Source: a virus (taxonomy: Duplodnaviria; Caudoviricetes). From it: DNA of 61,136 bases. The stretch spans positions 1 to 61,136 of IMG/VR virus record IMGVR_UViG_3300019124_000008. The stretch is one strand, 5' to 3'. The translations under genes and the position numbers were made by a program. A model generated the notes under the pieces. It was not told the origin of the DNA, did not search any database, and worked only from the letters and a program-made list of their open reading frames with translations. Numbering within the stretch: the first letter of the stretch is position 1; each line of letters opens with the position of its first letter. Of this stretch, positions 18,602 through 28,016 are shown piece after piece.

Positions 18602-20583
18602 TTCAAACTGATTACACTTACATTTCGACGCGAACGCATTTGAAACGCTACGCGCCGAAGATCATCGGCAAGCGGGTCATCGGCATCGACATCGAGACGA
18701 AGCCGGACGGAACCGAAAAAGGCGATGCGCGAGACCCGCTTCGCGGCTTCATCCGGCTCATTCAGGTCAACAACGGCGAGGAAAACTTTCTCTTCGATAT
18801 GGATTATCTCTCGAAGGAAGACATCGGCTTTCTCGTCGGGATTATCAACGACGGAAGCGTTTTGAAGATCGCGCATAACGCGAAATTCGAGATCAAGTGG
18901 TTCATGCACCATCTCGGAGCCGAGCCGCGAGCGTTTTTCGATACGATGCTCGCCAGCCAGTTGATCGCCGCCGGAATGCCGGACGAAAACTTCGCGCAGG
19001 TGCGGCACGATCTTGCGGAAGTCGCCTTCGTCTTCGCGGGGATTACGATGGACAAGTCCGAGCAGAAGAGCGATTGGAGCCAGCCGGAATTGTCCGAGAG
19101 TCAACTGCGGTACGCCGCGCACGACATCGAGGTACTTATTCCGATCTGGCGCAATCAGGTCGAGCGATTGAAAGCCGACGATCTCGTCCGGGTGGCGACC
19201 ATCGAGTTCGACGCGATCAAGCCGATTGCTCGGATGGAACTCAACGGCTTTTATCTCGACGCCGAACGCTGGCGCGAGCTTCTCGTCAAGAAGAAGGCAG
19301 ACCTCGCTCGCGTTGAAGCCGAGATGCTCGACATCTTCCAGCCGGGGGTCGATTGGACGATGCCGAACCCGGAAAAGCGCGGCAAGCGACCCGTTAAGCC
19401 GAAAAAGCCGGTCAATCCGCGCCGAGCCAAGGCGAACAAAGACCGGCACGTTGACGCCGGGGAGATGGTCGATTATTCGGTGGCTCTTGAGCATTACGAA
19501 AAGGTCGCGCTTCCCCGCTGGCAAGAGGCTTTCGAGCGGTGGGAAGCGTTGCCTGACGAAGTGACAGCCGTTTTGAACCCGGCTTCGCCAGATCAGATGA
19601 AGCGGGTTCTCAAGAACGTACTCGGCATCGAGTTTGAGTCAACGAAAGAGCAGTTTCTTCTCGAATACGAGCATCTGCCGGAGATTAAGAAGTTGCTCGA
19701 ATTTCGCGGAGCCGAAAAGTCGGTCACTTCCTACGGCGACAACATTCTCGAACTGCTGTATGAAGACAGTCGCCTTCGGTCGGATTTCCGGCAAATCGGC
19801 GCACCTACGGGGAGAATGGCGAGTAAGAACCCGAACATTCAGCAAGTGCCGGGAGACGAAGCGCACCGGCGGTGCTTTCGCGCACCAGCGGGTCGCAAGC
19901 TGATTATCGCCGACTACTCGCAGATCGAGCTTCGGATTCTCGCCGAGTTTGCGCGGGATGCGAATTTTGTCGGCGACTTTAATTCCGGTCTCGACTTGCA
20001 TACGAAGGGTGCGAGCCGGTTTATGTCGATTCCGTATGAGGAAGTCAAGAAAGAGCAGCGCGGCTATGCCAAGCGCATCAACTTCGGCGTCGTGTACGGG
20101 ATTATGAAGCGGCGGCTGGCAGCGCAGCTTGGCATCACGGAAGACGAAGCCGAGCGGCTGATGCGAGCTTACTTCCGCACCTATCCGGGGAACGAGCAGT
20201 ATCTCGAACGCGCTCGCCGTCAGGCGATGGAGCGGCTGTTCGCTCGGACTTCGAGCGGTCGCATTCAGCGGTTCCATCACGACGGAACCCGGAAAGGAAC
20301 CGTCGCGGCAATCGGTCGCAACGGAATGAATATGCCGATTCAGGGAACGGCAGCGGATATGTTCAAACGCGCTTTGTTCCTTCTCGATGAGGCACTCGTC
20401 GGAACAAGCGGCAAGATCGTCAACGTCGTTCACGACGAGATCATTGTCGAGGTTGACGAAGGCGAAGCCGAAGCGGTCGCTCGGTTGGTCGAAGAGGCGA
20501 TGGCGCAAGCGGGTGTCGAATACATTTCGACGGTCGAAGTCAAGGCTGACGCGCTGATTGCCGACGAATGGATTAAGGATTAA
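18598..20583 (+). CDS. polA: DNA polymerase family A with 3'-5' exonuclease
   Basis: DIET, HNAKFE, YAAHD exo motifs; TGRMAS, DYSQIELR, AKRINFGVVYG, VHDE. Confidence 0.95.
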   Translation: MIQTDYTYISTRTHLKRYAPKIIGKRVIGIDIETKPDGTEKGDARDPLRGFIRLIQVNNGEENFLFDMDYLSKEDIGFLVGIINDGSVLKIAHNAKFEIKWFMHHLGAEPRAFFDTMLASQLIAAGMPDENFAQVRHDLAEVAFVFAGITMDKSEQKSDWSQPELSESQLRYAAHDIEVLIPIWRNQVERLKADDLVRVATIEFDAIKPIARMELNGFYLDAERWRELLVKKKADLARVEAEMLDIFQPGVDWTMPNPEKRGKRPVKPKKPVNPRRAKANKDRHVDAGEMVDYSVALEHYEKVALPRWQEAFERWEALPDEVTAVLNPASPDQMKRVLKNVLGIEFESTKEQFLLEYEHLPEIKKLLEFRGAEKSVTSYGDNILELLYEDSRLRSDFRQIGAPTGRMASKNPNIQQVPGDEAHRRCFRAPAGRKLIIADYSQIELRILAEFARDANFVGDFNSGLDLHTKGASRFMSIPYEEVKKEQRGYAKRINFGVVYGIMKRRLAAQLGITEDEAERLMRAYFRTYPGNEQYLERARRQAMERLFARTSSGRIQRFHHDGTRKGTVAAIGRNGMNMPIQGTAADMFKRALFLLDEALVGTSGKIVNVVHDEIIVEVDEGEAEAVARLVEEAMAQAGVEYISTVEVKADALIADEWIKD

Positions 20584-20588
20584 CGGTT

Positions 20589-20633
20589 TGGTTCATCTGG
20601 GTCACGGCTATAAGCGATGACCCGGATGACCCA
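20589..20633. repeat. 45-bp four-box element, copy 6
   Basis: Core CGGCTATAAGCGA. Confidence 0.9.
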
Positions 20634-20663
20634 AAATCGAAACGAAAGGGAGAGGAAGAAGAG

Positions 20664-20915
20664 ATGATCGAATTTTTAACTGGATTTTTGACGTTTTTCG
20701 CCGCTTGGTACGCCATCGGCATCATTTCGTACCTGACCGGCGAAGCCATTTTCAGCGACGACGGAATCACCTGCCAGTCATTCAGGTCGGCGAGGGTGTA
20801 CGGGTTGTTCGGAGCAGTGGTCACGTTCGTCTTGTTGGCGGCGGCGATCAACCGGCTTGTTTTTTGGGTCAGGCTGCGGCTGCTGACGCGAGGAAGGGGG
20901 AGAAGCATTAAATGA
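20664..20915 (+). CDS. Two-TM membrane protein
   Basis: Strong RBS, two hydrophobic segments. Confidence 0.6.
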   Translation: MIEFLTGFLTFFAAWYAIGIISYLTGEAIFSDDGITCQSFRSARVYGLFGAVVTFVLLAAAINRLVFWVRLRLLTRGRGRSIK

Positions 20916-21175
20916 GAAGATTTGCAGCAAGAAAATCGAAACAAGCGGAAACCGCTCCGATCACCGGAGACGGCTTGGTCGTGGCTCATTCCGAGTCGGT
21001 CAAATGCGACATCTGCGGCGAGCCGAAGGGAACGCTCTACCGGCACGACGGCAAGCTCGTCTGCTTTCGTGAGCTTCCCTTCAATCTGCGGAGCAATACG
21101 ACCGGAAGGCTCTTAAGATATGCCGTCAGCGGCGTCAAGGCGATCAAAGCGGCGAGAGCCGCCTTAAATCACTAA
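20912..21175 (+). CDS. Small zinc-finger-like protein
   Basis: KCDICG..VC. Confidence 0.55.
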   Translation: MRRFAARKSKQAETAPITGDGLVVAHSESVKCDICGEPKGTLYRHDGKLVCFRELPFNLRSNTTGRLLRYAVSGVKAIKAARAALNH

Positions 21176-21183
21176 AGCGGGGG

Positions 21184-21507
21184 GTGTCTATGAAAGATGG
21201 AGAAAAGAATTACTCGCCGCTGGCGATCAACGAATGCGGCGATCTCGGAGTCGCCGTCGAAATCTACCCGGTCAAGCGGCAGAGCGGGTGGGTGATGGTC
21301 TATAACGGGTTCCGCTTCGATGACCCGGAGATGCGCTGGCAGTCGATCAAGCCGGAGATCGTCGGGTGGTACATTGAGGAATCGTGCATCAATCCGCACC
21401 AGCTTGCATTGTGTCCGTGCGACGAAGAGCGGAACGCGCCGAGATGTGCGTATGACCGGGATTGGGATGCGATCTGCGACCGCGAGGAAGAAGCGGGGAG
21501 AGTCTGA
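21184..21507 (+). CDS. Hypothetical protein
   Basis: Operon continuity. Confidence 0.5.
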   Translation: MSMKDGEKNYSPLAINECGDLGVAVEIYPVKRQSGWVMVYNGFRFDDPEMRWQSIKPEIVGWYIEESCINPHQLALCPCDEERNAPRCAYDRDWDAICDREEEAGRV

Positions 21508-21510
21508 CGG

Positions 21511-21903
21511 CTACTCCCCCCAGACATAAATCCGGTAGGTTCCGGGGTTTTCGGCAAACAGGCTGATCTTCGCCGGAACCGCATCGACCACCAAGCTGCC
21601 GTGCCGAGCTTCGTTCAGGATGGAGACCTTGCCGAAGTAGAGCAGGTCGGTTCCTTCGACCGCTTTGACGGCGATGTGCGACCAAGCGGAGAGTCCTTTT
21701 TCCTTTACCGGAGTGGTGGTTTCCAGCAAAGCGTAAATGCGGATTTTACTCAGCTTGGTCGTGTCGATGGTCGCCAAGTGCGAGGGATTTGTCTCGCTCG
21801 CCGATTCGACCTTGACGGCGGCTGACTTGAAAACGAGCGGCATTGCCGACAGTTGGAGCGAAAAAAGAGCAATAGCGATAAACGAAAAAAGCGTTCTTCT
21901 CAT
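21511..21903 (-). CDS. Secreted protein, moron-like
   Basis: MRRTLFSFIAIALFSLQLSA signal peptide; opposite strand. Confidence 0.65.
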   Translation of the reverse strand: MRRTLFSFIAIALFSLQLSAMPLVFKSAAVKVESASETNPSHLATIDTTKLSKIRIYALLETTTPVKEKGLSAWSHIAVKAVEGTDLLYFGKVSILNEARHGSLVVDAVPAKISLFAENPGTYRIYVWGE

Positions 21904-21961
21904 AGCGGAAGAAATTATACTCAAACGAGCGGAAGGTTTTCAAGAAAATGCCGTCGCCTTG

Positions 21962-21990
21962 TTGACTTATCAAATAGATTTTGATATATT
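21962..21990 (+). promoter_or_regulatory. Sigma70 promoter with TATCAAAT palindrome
   Basis: TTGACT, 17 bp, TATATT with TATCAAATAGATTTTGATA. Confidence 0.7.
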
Positions 21991-22031
21991 TTCTTCTGCT
22001 TTTAATTTTAAGGGAGACGAAAAAATAGACT

Positions 22032-22295
22032 ATGTGGATGATTACGAAAAATTACATTGACGAACCGGAAAGCGTCTTTTGCCGCATCGAATCGTCGGAT
22101 TTTGTGGAAGGCACGAAGCTGACCGAGCAGTTCCGATTGTACGACGACGACGGAAATCTCTACTACGAGGGAGTGTCGAGCGACTCGACTTCGGAACGAG
22201 CCTTCGACCCGCTCGATGACTTCGGAACGCCGAACGCCGGATGCACGACAATCAGATATTACCGAAAGGATAAGGGAGAGTGGGAAATTTTATGA
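22032..22295 (+). CDS. Hypothetical phage protein
   Basis: FRLYDDDGNLYYEG..PLDDFG..AGCT motif; RBS. Confidence 0.7.
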   Translation: MWMITKNYIDEPESVFCRIESSDFVEGTKLTEQFRLYDDDGNLYYEGVSSDSTSERAFDPLDDFGTPNAGCTTIRYYRKDKGEWEIL

Positions 22296-22693
22296 TGATG
22301 AGAGAAACTTTTGAAATGTTTTTAAGTACAATCGACGCCAAGGTTCCGAAAAAGACGGTCGGCGACGACGTTTACGTCGCCTTCAGCCAGCCGGAACTCG
22401 ACAATATCCATCAGGTCGCCAATACGCTGCGCGATCAGGTCAGCGGTTGGAGTCGATCTGGCAGACCGAAGGATGAGGAAAATCCGAGCCGCGACAAGCT
22501 CTATCTGCGGAAGTACCGCGCCGACAAGCGCGTTGCCGAGCTTAAAGATCAGATCGCGGCGGTCGAATCCGACCCGAACCGGAAAGACGAATACCGGCTG
22601 CTTGATAAAAAACTCCGCGCTGCCGAGGTCAAGGCGCGGGAAGCGACCAAGGAATTTGAAGACTTTATGGAGACGCTCAAAGAGGAAAGGTGA
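22292..22693 (+). CDS. Coiled-coil hypothetical protein
   Basis: ATGA overlap. Confidence 0.6.
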   Translation: MMMRETFEMFLSTIDAKVPKKTVGDDVYVAFSQPELDNIHQVANTLRDQVSGWSRSGRPKDEENPSRDKLYLRKYRADKRVAELKDQIAAVESDPNRKDEYRLLDKKLRAAEVKAREATKEFEDFMETLKEER

Positions 22694-22703
22694 AACTTTC
22701 CTC

Positions 22704-22767
22704 TTGACATATCAAATACATTTTGCTATATTAATAATCAAGCGGTCGGAAGGAAGATAACCGACCG
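22704..22767 (+). promoter_or_regulatory. Sigma70 promoter, operator and short leader hairpin
   Basis: TTGACA 22704, TATATT 22727; CGGTCGG/CCGACCG stem. Confidence 0.7.
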
Positions 22768-22837
22768 AGGGGAAAACAAACTTCCGAAAATTTTTTGTCA
22801 AGTGGTTACATTACAACGTAAAGGGAGATAGACGAAT

Positions 22838-23047
22838 ATGCCGAAAAAACTTGAATATGCAGTGACACCGACCGCGAATAGCGACGCGGAATATTACCGG
22901 AACAAAGAGAAAGCGATAAAGGCGGCGAAAGCGTATGCCAAGCAGACGAAGGAAACCTGCTACATCGACGTAAACGACCTGACGCTTGACGACAGACTCG
23001 ACTATTGGTACACGGTTTCGCCGGAAGGTGTGGTTAAGAAACACTAA
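22838..23047 (+). CDS. Hypothetical protein
   Basis: TTACATTACAACGTAA-AGGGAG RBS. Confidence 0.65.
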   Translation: MPKKLEYAVTPTANSDAEYYRNKEKAIKAAKAYAKQTKETCYIDVNDLTLDDRLDYWYTVSPEGVVKKH

Positions 23048-23101
23048 AGATTTTGGTAAGAGATTACATTACAACGTAAAGGGAGATAGAGAGGAAAAAT
23101 T

Positions 23102-23296
23102 ATGGACACCGTAAAAACGACCAATACTAGCAATCGCACATCGCAGACGCAGCGCGGCAGCGCGGCAGGTTCAACCGCCGGATTCCGGTTCTGGGGTTTC
23201 TACTCAAACAACAAGCCGAACCCGGAAGCCGAGGCAAAAGCTCGGTCGATTCGAGAGAGTCTCGAAGCGATCAACAGAAGGAACCGAGGCAACTGA
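23102..23296 (+). CDS. Hypothetical protein
   Basis: Same operator-RBS block. Confidence 0.6.
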   Translation: MDTVKTTNTSNRTSQTQRGSAAGSTAGFRFWGFYSNNKPNPEAEAKARSIRESLEAINRRNRGN

Positions 23297-23343
23297 TCGA
23301 GCGGGGGATGACTTCCCCGCTCACCAAAGGAAAAGGGGTGATA

Positions 23344-23568
23344 ATGCCGATGATTAGAATTAACAATAACTATTCGATTGACGTTCATTACGACGGCGAG
23401 GAAGTCGTTTACGAGCTTTACGATTCAGCCGATGACTTGGTTTACGAGACCGACGCCTACGGGTCTGCGTGGACGATCACCGAAGACAGTATGCGCGAAC
23501 TCGGCTACAAGCTGATCGGCGAATACGAAGATATCCTTTCAAGCGAGGCAGATAGATATGGCAATTAA
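23344..23568 (+). CDS. Small acidic protein
   Basis: RBS, D/E-rich. Confidence 0.6.
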   Translation: MPMIRINNNYSIDVHYDGEEVVYELYDSADDLVYETDAYGSAWTITEDSMRELGYKLIGEYEDILSSEADRYGN

Positions 23569-23758
23569 CAACAATGAAATGAACCGGGTGATGGTCGCCA
23601 ACTGCGACGGATACGACCACATTCACTGGGTCGCCGAGACGGAACGAGACGCCGAGCGTTACGCCGAGCGATACCGCAAGCGCGGCTGCAAGGCAGAGAT
23701 TCTGACGAAAAAGGAATACTACGCCAAATACAGAAACGGACTGAAGAGGGGTGATTAG
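23558..23758 (+). CDS. Hypothetical protein
   Basis: GAGG RBS. Confidence 0.55.
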   Translation: MAINNNEMNRVMVANCDGYDHIHWVAETERDAERYAERYRKRGCKAEILTKKEYYAKYRNGLKRGD

Positions 23759-24059
23759 AAACGATATGAGCAAGATGAATTTTGACAGCAGAATCGAATG
23801 GCTCAGAAGCCGCAACGGAAGCGTCGAGTTCTTCCCGGTCGAAGCGCACGGCGTCAAGCTCGTCCGGGTCGAGGTCAAGATCAGACGCCGGGGAGCCGAA
23901 GAGACGTTCGCCTACGACTTCGCACAGGAATACTTCTACGACGGTATGAGTATGAACATTTCCTACGCCATCCAGAGTGCTTACTGGCAACTCGAAGGGT
24001 CGCAGAAGACGGCTCCCGGCGACGGAGAAAAAATCGCCGCCGAAGTAGAAAGTGCTTGA
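23751..24059 (+). CDS. Hypothetical protein
   Basis: Operon continuity. Confidence 0.55.
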   Translation: MIRNDMSKMNFDSRIEWLRSRNGSVEFFPVEAHGVKLVRVEVKIRRRGAEETFAYDFAQEYFYDGMSMNISYAIQSAYWQLEGSQKTAPGDGEKIAAEVESA

Positions 24060-24095
24060 CAATTAGTTACGTTATGATGTAATATGGTTTCATCA

Positions 24096-24155
24096 ATCGG
24101 GAACGGCTGAACGCGCTAGAGAAAGCCAAAAGACAGTATCGCCAGCCGTTCCGAT
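24096..24155 (+). ncRNA. 33-nt-loop leader RNA motif, copy A
   Basis: Stem ATCGG(G)AACGGCTG/CAGCCGTTCCGAT around loop 24110-24142; follows TTGACA 24056. Confidence 0.7.
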
Positions 24156-24192
24156 CAAAAAATCAAATTACGTTAAACGAGGAAAAATAAAA

Positions 24193-24426
24193 ATGGAAAA
24201 CATACTGCAAATTGATTCGCCGGAAAAGTTCCTGTTACTTGATCTTCTGAAAACCGAAAAAGCCAAGATCGGCAAATACCTGAACGACAGCGCAGCCAAG
24301 ATCGCCTCGGCGAAGCTCAAGGGAAAAGCGACCCATCAGCTTTGGGAAAACCGCTTCGAGAAGGAACGCCAACTGAAGGTCATCGACAATCTGATCGAAA
24401 AGACAAGCAAGTTGCAGACGAGATAA
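24193..24426 (+). CDS. Hypothetical protein
   Basis: GAGG RBS. Confidence 0.65.
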   Translation: MENILQIDSPEKFLLLDLLKTEKAKIGKYLNDSAAKIASAKLKGKATHQLWENRFEKERQLKVIDNLIEKTSKLQTR

Positions 24427-24495
24427 AAAATTTCAAAAAAAGTTCGAGCAGGGGATTGACATTTCAAATAGTATTTGATAGTATTAAGAATGTAA

Positions 24496-24550
24496 GCGGT
24501 GATCGACCCGCGCTAGAGAAAGCCAAAAGATAAATTCACTCGATCACCGC
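24496..24550 (+). ncRNA. 33-nt-loop leader RNA motif, copy B
   Basis: Stem GCGGTGATCGA/TCGATCACCGC; follows TTGACA 24456. Confidence 0.7.
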
Positions 24551-24604
24551 CATTTTTAACCAAAGCAGTTACATTACAACGTAAATCTTGAGAGGAAAAA
24601 CGAA

Positions 24605-25153
24605 ATGAAAAACAACGTCGCTATTTTTGAAATTGAAGGTGTGGGTCGGGTGATCGGGGATTTGTCGAACAGCAAGCTGGTTCCGATAGTTCAGTACGAA
24701 GACGGAAATGCCTGTCTCGCCTTGCAGCGGAACGAGTCCGAAGCGGCACAGGTCGGCTACGAATCGGTCGCCATCGCCAACTTTGTCCACGAAGCGGTTC
24801 ACCTGTTCATCGCGCACAAGGTCGGCTTCATCGAAACGTCGGTCGCCTACCGCGAAGGTCTGAAGGCTGATTTCAACGACCCGGAAATTCTCGAAGACGC
24901 CAAATACGAAGAGCAGATCGTTCTCGGCTTTCAAGCCTTCATCAACGACGCGCTCGGCGAGTTTCTCGAAAAGCCGAAGGTCAAGGGGTTCAGCTTCCAC
25001 GTTGTAACTTCGGCGGTCAAGTGGAGCGAGCATCTGCTGGCGGAAAGAGGCTTCAATCAGAAGGAACTGGCTTTCGAGTTCATCAGCCTCTTCCACGATC
25101 AGGTCAAGGCAGACTGCGGAGTCCGGCACAAGATCAGGCTCTCGGAAGATTAA
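24605..25153 (+). CDS. Putative zinc metalloprotein (HExxH)
   Basis: VHEAVH plus downstream EE. Confidence 0.55.
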   Translation: MKNNVAIFEIEGVGRVIGDLSNSKLVPIVQYEDGNACLALQRNESEAAQVGYESVAIANFVHEAVHLFIAHKVGFIETSVAYREGLKADFNDPEILEDAKYEEQIVLGFQAFINDALGEFLEKPKVKGFSFHVVTSAVKWSEHLLAERGFNQKELAFEFISLFHDQVKADCGVRHKIRLSED

Positions 25154-25159
25154 GGAAAA

Positions 25160-25204
25160 CGGGTCATCTGGGTCATCGCTATAAGGGATGACCCAAGTGA
25201 CCCA
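25160..25204. repeat. 45-bp four-box element, copy 7
   Basis: Core TCGCTATAAGGGA. Confidence 0.9.
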
Positions 25205-25238
25205 AAAAGAGAAAACAAAACGAAGGGAGAAAGGAAAA

Positions 25239-25412
25239 ATGAACATATTCGATGCGCTTGCAATCATCATCACCGTCGTCGTCGGCACAGGAATCATCGG
25301 TCTGCTCTTCTGCTGGCTGATCGAGTGGAAGGAACCGAAGCCGATCTACCCGGCTCGCCGGTTCGAGACGGTCGAAGAGGAACTTGAGTTCGAGGCACAG
25401 TTTTACTTTTAA
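25239..25412 (+). CDS. Small single-TM protein
   Basis: RBS, hydrophobic N-terminus. Confidence 0.6.
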   Translation: MNIFDALAIIITVVVGTGIIGLLFCWLIEWKEPKPIYPARRFETVEEELEFEAQFYF

Positions 25413-25428
25413 GAGGGAGAGAAAAGAG

Positions 25429-25788
25429 ATGAAAAAACTAACGAAGGAAAGAGCGGCAATCAACTTGGCATCGGAGTTACTGTCGAAGATGGATGGAGAC
25501 GAAATAACAATCAGCGAATATGACCTTGAGGTTTTCGAGTCAATCTGTCTGCTGTCATACGTCGGAAATAAGACGTATGTCGGAATCATCAAACAGGTCA
25601 TTCAAAAGTTGGATGATGCCGAGGCTCGATGGCAAAGGGAAATCGAAGAAGATCAAGTCAGTTATGTTTATTGGGATGACGAGAAAGTGCGCCGAGCGGC
25701 ATTGAAGCTGGCGAGAGCGCAGAAGGAAAAGGTCAATCGGTATCTCAAACCTGAAGACCGATACGAAATCAAGCCGGAATTGACTTGA
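25429..25788 (+). CDS. Hypothetical protein
   Basis: GGGAG RBS. Confidence 0.65.
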   Translation: MKKLTKERAAINLASELLSKMDGDEITISEYDLEVFESICLLSYVGNKTYVGIIKQVIQKLDDAEARWQREIEEDQVSYVYWDDEKVRRAALKLARAQKEKVNRYLKPEDRYEIKPELT

Positions 25789-25826
25789 CATATCAAATAG
25801 TATTTGATATATTAGTAATCAAGTTA

Positions 25827-25885
25827 GGGGAACGAACCGAACGCGCTAGAGAAAGCCGAAAGACAAAATCACCGGACGGTTCCCC
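25827..25885 (+). ncRNA. 33-nt-loop leader RNA motif, copy C
   Basis: Stem GGGGAAC..CCG/CGG..GTTCCCC; follows TTGACA 25785. Confidence 0.7.
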
Positions 25886-25916
25886 GAAAGAAAATCGAAG
25901 CGAGGAAAAACGGAAA

Positions 25917-26225
25917 ATGGCGATAGAAACGAAGGTCAGTCACAGTTACAGAGATTATTCATCGGTTTACATCAAGTGCGACATCTGCGGCGACAAGCAG
26001 AAACTTTACAGCTACGGCAATCCAGCGGGTGCGAGATACGGAAGGTTTTTCACCGAGCAGACGAGAAACGAATTTCACCGGAACCATCCAGAAACGCCGC
26101 ACGAATCGGTCAAGCAAGCCGAGGCAAGCCGGAAGGCAGAGGAAAGGAACAAAAAGGCGGCAGAGCGCGAGGAACGACGCAAGGCGAAGGAAGCCGCGAA
26201 GAGCATTCAGCCGAGCTTATTTTAA
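25917..26225 (+). CDS. Zinc-finger-like protein with basic C-terminal helix
   Basis: KCDICG..HRNH; C-terminus QPSLF resembles a beta-clamp-binding motif. Confidence 0.6.
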   Translation: MAIETKVSHSYRDYSSVYIKCDICGDKQKLYSYGNPAGARYGRFFTEQTRNEFHRNHPETPHESVKQAEASRKAEERNKKAAEREERRKAKEAAKSIQPSLF

Positions 26226-26247
26226 TCGAAGGGAGAGGAAAAACGAG

Positions 26248-26565
26248 ATGAAAAAGAACAACGTCAAAGCAACGATAACAACCGCGCCGTACTACTTCGG
26301 GAGCCACACTTGGACGCTCGAACTGACGAAAGACGGACAAACGAAAAGCTACTATCTTGGACAAGATGGAAAGGTCGTCACGCGGCTGCTCGGATTGACA
26401 ATCAATCGGTTCTCGAACCTTATCCGAAACCACGCGAAGCTCGGAGTGAACGCGCCGATTGACTTCAGAAAGCAGAAGGTTCGTGATGCGGTCGGAGCCT
26501 TAATCGTCAAGAGCCTCGGCATCGCCGACTTCCCCGAAAATTCTTGGGATTTGGCGGCAGACTAA
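26248..26565 (+). CDS. Hypothetical protein
   Basis: GGGAGAGG RBS. Confidence 0.65.
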   Translation: MKKNNVKATITTAPYYFGSHTWTLELTKDGQTKSYYLGQDGKVVTRLLGLTINRFSNLIRNHAKLGVNAPIDFRKQKVRDAVGALIVKSLGIADFPENSWDLAAD

Positions 26566-26608
26566 AGATCGGAACTTTGAAAATATGGTATATGGAGCGG
26601 GGGTCGGC

Positions 26609-26686
26609 ACTAGCAATCGCGCCTTCGACAGCCGCTCCAATACTAGCAATCGCGGGGTCGAAAAGGCATCAGCACTAGCAATCGCG
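26609..26686. repeat. Three spaced copies of ACTAGCAATCGCG
   Basis: 26609, 26642, 26674; period 33 and 32. Confidence 0.85.
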
Positions 26687-26726
26687 GGTTTGGAAGCCGC
26701 GAACGAATTGAGGGAGATGAGCAGCA

Positions 26727-26915
26727 ATGGAAAAGGAAATCAGAGAACTAATCGAACAGATCGAACGGCGGCGAAAGGAAATCGAGGGAACAGAGCCGGA
26801 GAGCGTTTCGCAAGCCTCGCGCCTTCGGGGAGAAGCCGAGGCTTACATTCAGATCAGCTACCGGCTGAAGGCGATCTTGGTAAAGGCGCGGTGCGCCGGG
26901 AAGAGCGGAAAATGA
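26727..26915 (+). CDS. Hypothetical protein
   Basis: RBS, coupled to next ORF. Confidence 0.5.
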   Translation: MEKEIRELIEQIERRRKEIEGTEPESVSQASRLRGEAEAYIQISYRLKAILVKARCAGKSGK

Positions 26916-27070
26916 AAGCAGTCGAACAGATCAGAGCGACGACCAGCAACTTCAGCCGAGCCGTGCGGGTCAATACGAAAGACGACCTGCACATTCAGCC
27001 GCGACAGAAGCGCGTCAAGGCACTCCGGCGGTTTCTCAAGCTCGCCGACCGGCTCCAGATCGAAGCCTAG
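26912..27070 (+). CDS. Small basic protein
   Basis: ATGA overlap. Confidence 0.45.
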   Translation: MKAVEQIRATTSNFSRAVRVNTKDDLHIQPRQKRVKALRRFLKLADRLQIEA

Positions 27071-27242
27071 ATCGTCTATACGGTCTATCGTGAGCATTTC
27101 TGGGTTTCGATGAGCCAGCTAACTTTTTACCGGCTTGCTCTTCGAGGCGACATCTCGAAAGCCGAAATTCTCGACCTCTACCGGGAGACCGCCGGGTAAG
27201 CCGGAAGCCGCCGAGACCTTCGCGCAGCCGGGAGAGCGGTTT

Positions 27243-27287
27243 TGGGTCATCTGGGTCACCGCCATTAGTGCTGACCCAAGTGACCCG
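27243..27287. repeat. 45-bp four-box element, copy 8
   Basis: Core CCGCCATTAGTGC. Confidence 0.9.
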
Positions 27288-27600
27288 TTTTTCGTTTCCG
27301 AACCGGAAAACTTCCCCGCTCGCCGCCGGGTGGATGCCGACCCGCACACCAAGCCGGAAGCCGGTAAACGCGCCTGTCGCACGTTGGAAGCCGCCGGGTG
27401 CAGCCACCGCCTACGACGCACGACAAAAAGCCGCCAAACGCGCTCGCAGCCGCCTATGCGATCAGCCGCCGGAATCGCCGCCGCCTTCCCCGGCTCGGCA
27501 ATCCGGGGAAGATCAGCCGGGAAAACTTTTTTTTTCGGTATGACGTAATTTTTTTGTTGACATATCAAATAGTATTTGATACGATTATGACAGTTGATAA

Positions 27601-27649
27601 CTGATCGGAATGCGGTAGAGAAACCCAAAAGAAAATTTCACTCGGTTAG
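27601..27649 (+). ncRNA. 33-nt-loop leader RNA motif, copy D
   Basis: Stem CTGATCGG/TCGGTTAG with three G-U pairs; follows TTGACA 27557. Confidence 0.65.
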
Positions 27650-27703
27650 AGATCGGCGAAAAGAAAAAAAAATCAACTTGAAAAGGAAGGTAAAAACTAA
27701 ATT

Positions 27704-27844
27704 ATGGATTATTTAACAATTGCTTGCTTGTTTGTCATATTCGCTTTGTTTGTCGTCGCCGCTTGGTGCGATTTTGAGACCGAACAAATTATTGATCGGC
27801 AAAAAAGATCGGCGGCTGTTTTGGAAGGAAAAAATTTTGATTGA
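27704..27844 (+). CDS. 46-aa single-TM protein (absent from ORF track)
   Basis: MDYLTIACLFVIFALFVVAAWCDF..; AAGGAAGG upstream. Confidence 0.55.
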   Translation: MDYLTIACLFVIFALFVVAAWCDFETEQIIDRQKRSAAVLEGKNFD

Positions 27845-27899
27845 AAAATATTGCAAAAAGTATTTGACATAGTGTTACGTTATGATGTAAGATGTATTT

Positions 27900-27960
27900 C
27901 AGTTAGCAAGCCGAACGCGGTAGAGAAACCCAAAAGATAAATTCCCCGGCTTGCAAACTG
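27900..27960 (+). ncRNA. 33-nt-loop leader RNA motif, copy E
   Basis: Stem CAGTT-A-GCAAGCCG/CGGCTTGC-A-AACTG; follows TTGACA 27864. Confidence 0.7.
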
Positions 27961-28016
27961 AAAAAATTTTAACCGTAAAACATATCAAATACATTTTGAA
28001 AGAGAGGAAAAAAGAG

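Noticed and set aside
13524-20583. Modified-base (dZ or 7-deazaguanine) genome suggested by the diphosphohydrolase, deoxyribosyltransferase-like protein, phosphoesterase and PolA
   Set aside because: No PurZ, DpdA or Que-pathway gene was recognised, and apparent restriction-site avoidance argues for unmodified DNA
26609-26686. Mini CRISPR array
   Set aside because: 13-bp repeats and 19-20 bp spacers are too short and no cas genes are present; kept only as a repeat finding
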